Assembly (NCBI GenBank): GCA_051746725.1 | Contig: JBNJFI010000039.1 | Span: 1 to 18,411, forward strand | Length of the DNA: 18,411 nt | DNA from: Fusobacteriota bacterium | GTDB taxonomy: Bacteria > Fusobacteriota > Fusobacteriia > Fusobacteriales > JBNJFI01 | Reading direction: 5' to 3' | Shown: piece by piece, positions 7,352 to 15,050 of the stretch | Numbering within the stretch: the first letter of the stretch is position 1 | How the letters are laid out: each line of letters begins with the position of its first letter | Notes under the pieces: model-generated | Told to the model about the DNA's origin: nothing | Seen by the model: only the letters and a program-made list of their open reading frames with translations | The model's database searches: none | Program-made: the position numbers and the translations under genes

Positions 7352-8521
7352 TTATTTTGCCAATTTGTATATTTCCACTATATCTTTTTTGCTAAGTTTT
7401 ACAAAGTTTCCTAAAGTTCTTTGGTCTCCATTAGTTGCTTTTTTGGCCATATTTTCAAAATTTTCTTCTCCAATATCTATGTCACTTAATCTTATATCTA
7501 ATCCAATAGATTTTATAAAGTTTTCATATGCCTCGATCCCCTTTAGAGCTGTAGCTTCCTGGTCAAAAAAGTTGTTGTCTATATTCCATACTCTAGTTGC
7601 AAACTGTGCAAATCTAGATATATCATTTTTATATACATATTTCATCCATGCTGGAAATACTATTCCAAGTCCTTCTCCATGGGCAATATCATATATCCCA
7701 CTTAATTCATGCTCGATATCATGTGATCCCCAGTCTCCAATTCTACCTGTGTCTAATAAACCATTATGTGCAACAGTTCCTGACCACATAATCTCAGCCC
7801 AAGCATCATAATTTTCTGGATCCTCTAAAACCGCATGAACATTATTAATAACTGTTCTCATTGTAGATTCTATTAATCTATCTGTAAGTTCTACATTATC
7901 TACATTTGTAAAATATCTCTCCATAAGATGTGCTAAAATATCGGTAACTCCACACGCCACATGAAATTTAGGTACTGTATATGCTAATTCAGGATTTAAT
8001 ATTGAAAATTTAGGATATAAAAGTTCAGATCCAAGTGGTCTTTTTAAATTTCCTTCCTCTTTTGTTATTACTGATCCGGCACTAGATTCACTCCCTGCAG
8101 CAGGAATTGTAAGTACTGTTCCAATGGGAAGAGCTTCTTTAGGTTGAGCCTTTCCTGTATAAAAATCCCATACATCTCCGTCATATTTTACACCTACAGA
8201 TATTGCCTTGGCCGAATCAATTACACTTCCTCCACCTACTGCTAAGATAAAGTCTATGTCATTTTCTCTACAGATCTTTTCTCCCTCTTTTACTAATTTA
8301 AGACGAGGATTAGGTTGAACCCCTCCTAATTCAAAAATCTCTATATCTGAATCTTCTAAGGACTTAATTACTTTATCATAAAGTCCTGTTTTTTTTATAC
8401 TACCTCCACCATAATGGAATAAAACTTTTTTTCCATATTCATTTACTAATTCTCCTACATTATTTTCTTGGCCTTTACCAAAAACTATTCGAGTTGGATT
8501 ATAAAAATTAAAATTTTTCAT
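7352..8521 (-). CDS. Iron-containing alcohol dehydrogenase (NAD(P)H-dependent butanol dehydrogenase BdhA/B, YqhD-like)
   Basis: NFNFYNPTRIVFGKG, AVGGGSVIDSAK, VLTIPAAGSE, metal ligands DILAH, HDIEH, HGEGL. Confidence 0.95.
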   Translation of the reverse strand: MKNFNFYNPTRIVFGKGQENNVGELVNEYGKKVLFHYGGGSIKKTGLYDKVIKSLEDSDIEIFELGGVQPNPRLKLVKEGEKICRENDIDFILAVGGGSVIDSAKAISVGVKYDGDVWDFYTGKAQPKEALPIGTVLTIPAAGSESSAGSVITKEEGNLKRPLGSELLYPKFSILNPELAYTVPKFHVACGVTDILAHLMERYFTNVDNVELTDRLIESTMRTVINNVHAVLEDPENYDAWAEIMWSGTVAHNGLLDTGRIGDWGSHDIEHELSGIYDIAHGEGLGIVFPAWMKYVYKNDISRFAQFATRVWNIDNNFFDQEATALKGIEAYENFIKSIGLDIRLSDIDIGEENFENMAKKATNGDQRTLGNFVKLSKKDIVEIYKLAK

Positions 8522-8555
8522 ATTTTTCCTCCTTGGATTTATTATTTTACCGTTT

Positions 8556-8573
8556 TAAGAAACCGGTTTCTTA
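8556..8573. promoter_or_regulatory. LacI-family-type operator at the ADH transcription start
   Basis: Perfect 18-bp palindrome TAAGAAACCGGTTTCTTA with central CG, directly downstream of the predicted -10. Confidence 0.7.
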
Positions 8574-8578
8574 TCTAT

Positions 8579-8607
8579 ATAATACCTTATTATTCATTAA
8601 TAATCAA
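8579..8607 (-). promoter_or_regulatory. Putative sigma70 promoter of the ADH gene
   Basis: TTGATT (8607-8602), 17 nt, TATTAT (8584-8579). Confidence 0.55.
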
Positions 8608-8650
8608 GTTTTTTTTGCTTTTTATTGTCTAGATTTGTCCTTTATGACTT

Positions 8651-8679
8651 AAAAAGCAACCCTAAATTAGGGTTGCTTT
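8651..8679 (-). terminator. Intrinsic terminator overlapping the M48 peptidase stop codon
   Basis: Perfect inverted repeat AAAGCAACCCTAA-A-TTAGGGTTGCTTT (8653-8679) with a U-run on the minus strand. Confidence 0.75.
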
Positions 8680-9443
8680 GAATATTTTATTATATTATCT
8701 TTTCGAATAGTTGGATGAGGATGTGATTTAAAGTAATAACTCAATTTGCTTTTGTTTTCTTCCTCCTCTATAACTTCAAAAAAATCAATTGCTCCATCCA
8801 CTTTTCCATATATTTTATTTAATATCATTATTCCATATTTATCTGCATTTAGTTCTTGATTTTGAGAGAATTTCATCTCTACCTTTTTAGTCACCGTCCC
8901 TATATACTCTGTCACATCACTCTTTGGTCCAAAAATCATCGAAGATAAAAAATAAAATACAAGTTGTCTTCCCAATCCTTTTAAATGGTCACGATTATTA
9001 AAATGACCAAATTCATGTGCTATTACAAATGTCAATGCTTCTTGACTTTCTAATCTATCCAAAAGCCCTTTATATATGACAATCTTTCTTCCTGGAAAGG
9101 CAACAGCATTTATTATATTTTCCTTTGAAATATATATGTCATAACCTCTTTTATCTTCAACTTCTTCTAAAACTGTATTAAATGCTTTATTTACATCTAA
9201 TTTTAAATCTCTTTCATCTATAAAGCTTTTCTCTACTGTCTTTAGCATATATTTTCCTAAGACCTTTTCTCGCTCCCAAGATATTTTAGGGACAACAATA
9301 TCTACAAAAATTCCTAAAATAATATATGCCATAATTAAAGATCCTATTATTCCAAATAACATTATAAACATATCTAAAATAGGAGATTTTTCAGACACAT
9401 TAATATTTTCTCCATCTTCTATATCTTTAGGTTTAAACTTCAT
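8667..9443 (-). CDS. M48-family zinc metallopeptidase, membrane anchored
   Basis: INAVAFPG, HEFGH (HEXXH), QELNAD third-ligand motif, SHPHP; N-terminal TM. 11-nt overlap with the upstream gene. Confidence 0.92.
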   Translation of the reverse strand: MKFKPKDIEDGENINVSEKSPILDMFIMLFGIIGSLIMAYIILGIFVDIVVPKISWEREKVLGKYMLKTVEKSFIDERDLKLDVNKAFNTVLEEVEDKRGYDIYISKENIINAVAFPGRKIVIYKGLLDRLESQEALTFVIAHEFGHFNNRDHLKGLGRQLVFYFLSSMIFGPKSDVTEYIGTVTKKVEMKFSQNQELNADKYGIMILNKIYGKVDGAIDFFEVIEEEENKSKLSYYFKSHPHPTIRKDNIIKYSKQP

Positions 9444-9888
9444 TCTTTACCACCTTTATTGCTGTTCCGTAAGCTATTGCTTCGACACTTCCCATACTCT
9501 TTTTTCTTTTTGTTTTAGATATATTAGTAGTTTCAAGTCGTACGTTTAATATCATATCAACATCTCCAGCTTCTTCTTTCATTCTAAGAATAGCCTCTCT
9601 TCTAGCTCTATCTAAAAGTGATTCATAAGTAATTACTCTTCCTCCTACTATATTCTTAAGCATAGCTATAAATTTTTTGAAATAATCCAAAGATATTACA
9701 ACACTTCCCTTTACAAATTTTACCTCTTGAATATCATCATCTTCATCAATAATATTCTTCATTGTAACTGCTGGAATATTTAAAAAAATTCTTTCTCGTT
9801 TTGCTATATCTTTATAATGTCTTTTTTCCGTTATCGTTCCTATGGAATATCCAACTGCCATAAGAGCAATAAATATCCAGAACTCCAT
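9433..9888 (-). CDS. YbjQ/UPF0145-family protein with an N-terminal membrane anchor
   Basis: Hydrophobic N-terminus, then LKNIVGGRVITYESLLDRARREAILRM...NVRLET...AYGTAI; paralogous to the next gene. Confidence 0.88.
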   Translation of the reverse strand: MEFWIFIALMAVGYSIGTITEKRHYKDIAKRERIFLNIPAVTMKNIIDEDDDIQEVKFVKGSVVISLDYFKKFIAMLKNIVGGRVITYESLLDRARREAILRMKEEAGDVDMILNVRLETTNISKTKRKKSMGSVEAIAYGTAIKVVKNEV

Positions 9889-9899
9889 TGTATCCCCTC

Positions 9900-10214
9900 C
9901 TAATCTACGGTTACAGCTGTTCCATACACATATATTTCCGACGCCCCTTGAGCAATTGATGAAGTAGCAAACCTTACATTAACTATTGCATTAGCTCCCA
10001 TTTTATTAGCCTGTTTTATCATCCTATCTGTTGCTTCCTCTCTCGCTTCTTCTAATAACTGACTATATCCTTTTAACTCTCCCCCAACTAAATTTTTTAG
10101 ACTAGCCATGAAATCTCTTCCAAAGTTCTTAGCTCTTACAGTACTTCCCGATACTATACCGTAATACTCTGTTATTTCTTTTCCTGGTATAGTTTCAACA
10201 TTTGATAATAACAT
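9900..10214 (-). CDS. ybjQ: YbjQ/UPF0145-family protein
   Basis: GRDFMASLKNLVGGELKGYSQLLEEAREEA...GANAIVNVRF...VYGTAV; AGGAGG RBS. Confidence 0.93.
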   Translation of the reverse strand: MLLSNVETIPGKEITEYYGIVSGSTVRAKNFGRDFMASLKNLVGGELKGYSQLLEEAREEATDRMIKQANKMGANAIVNVRFATSSIAQGASEIYVYGTAVTVD

Positions 10215-10240
10215 TTTAACCCCTCCTTTTATTTGTCAAT

Positions 10241-10269
10241 ATTATATCACTTTTTTGAAAATTTACCAA
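10241..10269 (-). promoter_or_regulatory. Putative extended -10 promoter of the ybjQ operon
   Basis: TTGGTA (10269-10264), 17 nt, TGnTATAAT (TATAAT at 10246-10241). Confidence 0.55.
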
Positions 10270-10414
10270 GTTATTTTATTATATAACTCAACTTATGCCT
10301 CTTTTATTTTGAAGTAACCTCTACAAAGTGGATCTCACAGAAATCAGCAAAAAAAAAGTTTTGTAATTAATTATAAATATTTTTAAACTCAAAATATATT
10401 TTTTCACATACCCC

Positions 10415-10459
10415 TTGACATTTTACTCTAAATATATTATTATAGTGAAACACGTATCA
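10415..10459 (+). promoter_or_regulatory. Plus-strand promoter P1 with an operator-like palindrome at +1
   Basis: TTGACA (10415-10420), 17 nt, TATTAT (10438-10443), then imperfect palindrome TGAAAC-AC-GTATCA (10446-10459). Confidence 0.55.
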
Positions 10460-10513
10460 ATATAATTTGAATTGCCATATATAATATATATAACAAATAT
10501 ATAAAGTATCTAT

Positions 10514-10542
10514 TTGAAATATGTTTAGTTTCGTGGTATTAT
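10514..10542 (+). promoter_or_regulatory. Plus-strand promoter P2 (extended -10) of the small ORF
   Basis: TTGAAA (10514-10519), 17 nt, TGGTATTAT (TATTAT at 10537-10542). Confidence 0.55.
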
Positions 10543-10573
10543 TAAAGTACATAAAAAACAAGGGGGAATCAAA

Positions 10574-10660
10574 ATGTTAAAAGACTTATTTATTAAAAAA
10601 ATAGAAGCAATTGTAAAGAGAAAGCAAAAAAGGGTAGATTATTACTTTAGAAGAGACTAA
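10574..10660 (+). CDS. Unannotated 28-aa basic small protein MLKDLFIKKIEAIVKRKQKRVDYYFRRD
   Basis: AAGGGGG RBS (10560-10566) 7 nt before ATG, two upstream promoters, terminator starting at the stop codon. Below the ORF track size cut-off. Confidence 0.7.
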   Translation: MLKDLFIKKIEAIVKRKQKRVDYYFRRD

Positions 10661-10688
10661 AAAAGACAGCCATATGGCTGTCTTTTTT
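10659..10688. terminator. Bidirectional intrinsic terminator
   Basis: Perfect palindrome AAAAAAGACAGCC-ATAT-GGCTGTCTTTTTT between the convergent small ORF and the 4Fe-4S gene. Confidence 0.9.
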
Positions 10689-10725
10689 GTTTATACTTTT
10701 TATACTCTTTTACTTGTTTTAAAAC

Positions 10726-11253
10726 TTATGATATTTTCTTATCCTTTTTTGCTTTAACCTTTTGTCTAGCCTTCCCAACAACATAACTAGCATGACCCAT
10801 TGGACAAACTTGACACCAGCTTCTAGGTTTAAAAAATATTCCCAACACCACTCCAAGTATAGAAGATATTAATAAAAATCTAAATAAAGCAAATCCAATT
10901 TTATATGGATTACCTCCTGTATGATACATGGAAAAACTAAACATTACCACCATGACTCCTAGTAATATATGTTTAAATCTTTTTGTTCTCATAAAGTTTG
11001 GTAAAGCATTATTTAATGATAATTTACTCAAAAATTTTCCAAAAAAAGACCCTCTAGGACAATAATGTGAACAATGTATCCTTCCTTTTCCTTTTAATGC
11101 ATGTATTAATGGTAGTGATATACAAGCTAATCCTATGAGTCCAAACCAATAATTTATTATCCCTAGACTGAAAAAACCAACTATAATAGCCCAGCTCCAC
11201 TCCTGATGTGATTTTGTTTGTAATAAAATTTTCCTTAAATCTTTTCTATCCAT
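10726..11253 (-). CDS. Membrane-bound 4Fe-4S binding protein (Fer4_5-type)
   Basis: About four TM segments and two CxxxCP motifs (GRIHCSHYCPRG, PRSWCQVCPMG); AGGAGG RBS. Confidence 0.88.
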   Translation of the reverse strand: MDRKDLRKILLQTKSHQEWSWAIIVGFFSLGIINYWFGLIGLACISLPLIHALKGKGRIHCSHYCPRGSFFGKFLSKLSLNNALPNFMRTKRFKHILLGVMVVMFSFSMYHTGGNPYKIGFALFRFLLISSILGVVLGIFFKPRSWCQVCPMGHASYVVGKARQKVKAKKDKKIS

Positions 11254-11277
11254 TTCTTTTACTCCTCCTAAATAAGT

Positions 11278-11313
11278 TTATATTATGATATCATAATATA
11301 AGGATATTGTCAA
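11278..11313 (-). promoter_or_regulatory. Promoter with a perfect 24-bp operator palindrome over the -10
   Basis: TTGACA (11313-11308), 17 nt, TATCAT (11290-11285); palindrome TTATATTATGATATCATAATATAA (11278-11301). Confidence 0.7.
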
Positions 11314-11355
11314 GTGTGTTTCCTTTTTTATTTAGAATAATAATCAAAATATAGC

Positions 11356-11384
11356 AAAAAAGGCCACCCGAAGGCAGCCTTTTT
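11356..11384 (-). terminator. Intrinsic terminator of the amylase cluster
   Basis: Minus strand AGGCTGCC-TTCG-GGTGGCCT followed by TTTTT (cUUCGg tetraloop), 3 nt after the stop codon. Confidence 0.9.
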
Positions 11385-11387
11385 ATA

Positions 11388-14300
11388 TTATTTAAGATAT
11401 AAACCTGTTTCTATTAGTTTTCCTGGAGCAGGAGTTTTAGAAGTATTTAATACATATACTCTTAAATTACCTTTTCCAGATAAATCAATTGTTGCAGATC
11501 CACCAGTTACTGAAATTTCATCACCTGTAACTGCATCTACATAAGTTCCATTTGGTATATTATTAAATGTTGCCCCTCCTGAAACAGTTACCAAGGCAAA
11601 ACTGTCTGTTTGTTCATCTGTATATCTTCTCTTATAAGAAAGTCCTCCTGATATATCAGACACAGAATATTGTCCTTTTTGAAGAGCAGGTATAGCTCTT
11701 CTTATAATATTTAATTTTCTAATATGTTGAGCCAAAGGATGAGATAATGTATTTGCCATCTCTCCAGAAGCATTAGAATATTTTCCAAAGTCACTAACAT
11801 CAACTGAACCTTCCATATGATCTCCAAAATAAGCTCTTCCAGATTCTTCTAATGTTATGTTTGGACCTTTATCAATTGTTGCTCCCTTTTTAAATTCTAT
11901 TTCACTTCCATAATATAGTGTCGGTATCCCTCTAAAAGTAAACATTAAAGATAAGTTTTCTGCCCAAACATCTTGAGGCTCCGAAAATCTTTGACCTTCT
12001 GGTGCTTGATCAGGTGCATAATCATGAGAATCTACATAAGTTACATTAAATGTAGCATCACTATAATATTGATCTCCTCCTACAGCAGTATTAAATGCTT
12101 CTCCTGCTGTTCTAAATGACCAATGCATTGGAAAATCGATTTGATCCATTCCTGATCTCATAGACCAATCTGGAGTATGATATTCATTTCCATTTAAATA
12201 GTGATTATCACTTGTAGGTTCATTATCAACACTTGAATTATCCGCCCAATGTTGTTCCACAGAAGATTTATTTGTTACTTTATCTCCCCATGGGTAAGTT
12301 TGAGATTCTTTCCATGTATAAAAAGGAACTGATATAGCTGGTATTCCACTATTCCATACATCTCTATATCTTGCAGCTACCTCTCCAAACATAAAGAAGT
12401 TTTCTCCACCTCTTTCTCTAAATTGAGGAATAAACTCTTCATTGAAAGTTAATCTAGATATATGTTTTACAGTATCTATTCTAAATCCATCAACTCCCAT
12501 ATCTATATATTGATTATAAGCATCTCTTAAATATTGTGTAACATCAGGATTTTCTGTATTAAGATCTACACAATCTCCTGCGATTTGACCAGTTTGAACA
12601 CTGTATCCTTCCCATTGTAGTGATTTTTCATGGTGATATATCTCTTCAGTATCCATATCATCTTCCTTCATAGCGCTAATTCTAGCAGGATACTGTTGAT
12701 CAGGAAGTAAGTTTCCATAACTGTCCTGTTGGGTTGCGATCGCTGAGGCCTCCAAGATATCATTAGCTATCATTCCATCTGGAGAATCTAATGAGATATA
12801 ATCACCATTACTGTCTTTTTCAAAAAGAGGATATAAGTTTTCCTCACCAAAATTACTTGTATGATTAAAAACAACATCTTGAATTATCTTCATATCTCTA
12901 GCATGAACTGCATCAATGAGATCTTGATAACTAAAGCCTGTTGATTCATATCTAGGATCTACTTCTGTAAAATCTACTGCATGATAACCATGATAATCAT
13001 ATCCACTTGCATTTTTTACAACTGGAGTTATCCAAATAGCACTAAAACCTAAAGCTTTTATATAATCTAATTTATCTGCTAAACCTTTAAAATCTCCTCG
13101 CCAAGCAGGATCATTATTTTCTACATTACCTGCCTGTTCATCAGCCCAACAATACACATCATTATTTGGGTCTCCATTATAAAATCTTGTAGTCATTAAA
13201 AAATATATTGTTTCCTCTCGGAAATCTGTTCTTTCTGGAGCCTCTCCAATATAATATCTGAATTCTGATTGAGTTTCATTTCCTGAATTATCTATAGCTA
13301 ATACATTTATTTTAGTATTCTCACTAATTGTTATTGTTTCTCCATTATATAAATATCCAGTTTCAGGTAAAGGTTCTGTTCCATCTACTGTATAATATAC
13401 CTCAGGAGAACTATCTTTATTATCTGTTACAAATAAATTTACATCTTGAGCTACTTCATATCTCATTGGCTCTGGAGTTGAAGAAATAACAGGTCCTGTT
13501 ACGTCTTCATTTAATTTTATTTGATATGTAATTATATCTTGATTATTTTCATTATCTAGTGTTAATATTTTTAAAGTAACATCTTCATTAATTGTAATTA
13601 TCTCTCCCGTTGAATATGCAGCACTTCCAGTGGTTGGTGTGCTTCCATCTGTTGTATAATATGCCATTGGATTTGAATCTTGATTATCTTCTATTATCAT
13701 TTTCGTTTCTAAAATACTAGTTTCATATAATAATATATTTCCGTCTTGTTTTCCTGGATTTGGATCTAATGAAGCCACTGGGGCTTCTGTATCTATATCT
13801 GGATCAGAAGTATGCCAAGTTCCATCATACCAATATTCTCCAGCTCCTTCTAAAATTAATTCCCCTGTTTTAGATCCACCATTATCACTAAATATTATAC
13901 CAACTGTATTTATTCCAGAAAGTGTATAAGTATACCATTCTGTTCCTTCAGAAGTCATTTCTTCTCCTGGCCATGCATCAAATAAATTAGTTTCCCCTTG
14001 CCATGCCCAAATATGAGAATATTTTGCATGAACTTTAATTCCATCTGTAAATCCCTCAACTACATTCATATTTATAACTTTACTAATTCCATCTACCTCA
14101 GCTGTTATATTTACAATACCTGCAGAAACTCCTGTTAATAAACCGCTGTTATCTATAGTAGCAACTGTTGAATCATTTACAGACCAGTTTGCATCAATAT
14201 TTTCTGTAGATCCATCAGTTAAAATACCTTGGGCTTCTAGGTCAATGCTTTCTCCTATTTCTATTGAAGAAGGTAAATTTCCACCGTTATATAATATATT

Positions 14301-14945
14301 AATATCTTCTAAATCAAATATTCCTGGAGTACTCTTACCAAAATTTCTTGCAAAAATAACAAAATCTAATAGATCCACTTTTCCATCAGGAGATACTTTT
14401 GAATAAATATCACCCCAAAAATCAATCCCTTTTTCTGCTGGAGCTATGTCGTATATTATATTATAATCACTATCGGTATCTATGGTATCAAAATTATTAG
14501 CAAATGTATTTAAATCTAATAAATCAACTGTATTATCATTATTGAAATCACCTAGTAAAATATCTGTAGAAGCTCTTTTCTGTATATTTTGACTAGATTC
14601 TAAATTAACTATATTTTCAACTTTAAAATCAATTTCAGAATCTACATCTATACTAAAGAGTTCATCTCCCTTAATTATTTTAGAATCATTTTTTGCTAGG
14701 TAAATATTTGTTTCAGTCTCATTTTTATTTATCATCTTAATAATTTCATTTCCCTCTGCTATTTCATCAGAATTAATATCACCGTTAATTATTAACTCCA
14801 CCCCATCCATAATTACATTACTTCTAACTATAAATTTTCCATTTTCAACTTTACCTGTTGCCATAACTTCTTTAGGTTCTTCTTCATTTTTAAAGCACCC
14901 TGTAAAGCTTAAAATTAATATTAATACTAATAAGAACTTTTTCAT
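11388..14945 (-). CDS. Multimodular lipoprotein alpha-amylase: lipobox, beta-domain, dockerin-like, Ig (Big_2), CBM26-like, 2x Fn3-associated, GH13 (probably GH13_41)
   Basis: Lipobox FTG-C17; LLGDFNNDNTVDLLD...DGKVDLLDF; HIWAW...AWPG...WY (CBM26-like); two YYT(T/V)DG(S/T)xP repeats; DFREETIYFLMTTRFYNGD; catalytic regions GFRIDTVKH, FGEV, VDSHD. Subfamily inferred from resemblance to Eubacterium rectale Amy13K-type enzymes. Confidence 0.9.
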   Translation of the reverse strand: MKKFLLVLILILSFTGCFKNEEEPKEVMATGKVENGKFIVRSNVIMDGVELIINGDINSDEIAEGNEIIKMINKNETETNIYLAKNDSKIIKGDELFSIDVDSEIDFKVENIVNLESSQNIQKRASTDILLGDFNNDNTVDLLDLNTFANNFDTIDTDSDYNIIYDIAPAEKGIDFWGDIYSKVSPDGKVDLLDFVIFARNFGKSTPGIFDLEDINILYNGGNLPSSIEIGESIDLEAQGILTDGSTENIDANWSVNDSTVATIDNSGLLTGVSAGIVNITAEVDGISKVINMNVVEGFTDGIKVHAKYSHIWAWQGETNLFDAWPGEEMTSEGTEWYTYTLSGINTVGIIFSDNGGSKTGELILEGAGEYWYDGTWHTSDPDIDTEAPVASLDPNPGKQDGNILLYETSILETKMIIEDNQDSNPMAYYTTDGSTPTTGSAAYSTGEIITINEDVTLKILTLDNENNQDIITYQIKLNEDVTGPVISSTPEPMRYEVAQDVNLFVTDNKDSSPEVYYTVDGTEPLPETGYLYNGETITISENTKINVLAIDNSGNETQSEFRYYIGEAPERTDFREETIYFLMTTRFYNGDPNNDVYCWADEQAGNVENNDPAWRGDFKGLADKLDYIKALGFSAIWITPVVKNASGYDYHGYHAVDFTEVDPRYESTGFSYQDLIDAVHARDMKIIQDVVFNHTSNFGEENLYPLFEKDSNGDYISLDSPDGMIANDILEASAIATQQDSYGNLLPDQQYPARISAMKEDDMDTEEIYHHEKSLQWEGYSVQTGQIAGDCVDLNTENPDVTQYLRDAYNQYIDMGVDGFRIDTVKHISRLTFNEEFIPQFRERGGENFFMFGEVAARYRDVWNSGIPAISVPFYTWKESQTYPWGDKVTNKSSVEQHWADNSSVDNEPTSDNHYLNGNEYHTPDWSMRSGMDQIDFPMHWSFRTAGEAFNTAVGGDQYYSDATFNVTYVDSHDYAPDQAPEGQRFSEPQDVWAENLSLMFTFRGIPTLYYGSEIEFKKGATIDKGPNITLEESGRAYFGDHMEGSVDVSDFGKYSNASGEMANTLSHPLAQHIRKLNIIRRAIPALQKGQYSVSDISGGLSYKRRYTDEQTDSFALVTVSGGATFNNIPNGTYVDAVTGDEISVTGGSATIDLSGKGNLRVYVLNTSKTPAPGKLIETGLYLK

Positions 14946-15009
14946 TATAACCCCCTATTTTTAAAATTTCATATGATTTAAGATTCTTTTAAATCAAAAC
15001 TTCAAACTT

Positions 15010-15044
15010 TTATAGCAGATGAGATAAATTCCCATCTGCTATAA
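15010..15044 (-). promoter_or_regulatory. Strong intergenic stem-loop without a U-tail between the two amylase genes
   Basis: Minus strand TTATAGCAGATGGGA-ATTTA-TCTCATCTGCTATAA (15-bp stem, one G-U), followed by AAG rather than a U-run. Confidence 0.6.
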
Positions 15045-15050
15045 TAATCT

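Noticed and set aside
7365..7811. 148-aa plus-strand ORF
   Set aside because: Antisense shadow of the alcohol dehydrogenase gene.
10270..10400. Possible riboswitch or ncRNA upstream of ybjQ
   Set aside because: No recognisable aptamer motif or convincing stem, and the predicted ybjQ promoter lies downstream of this stretch.
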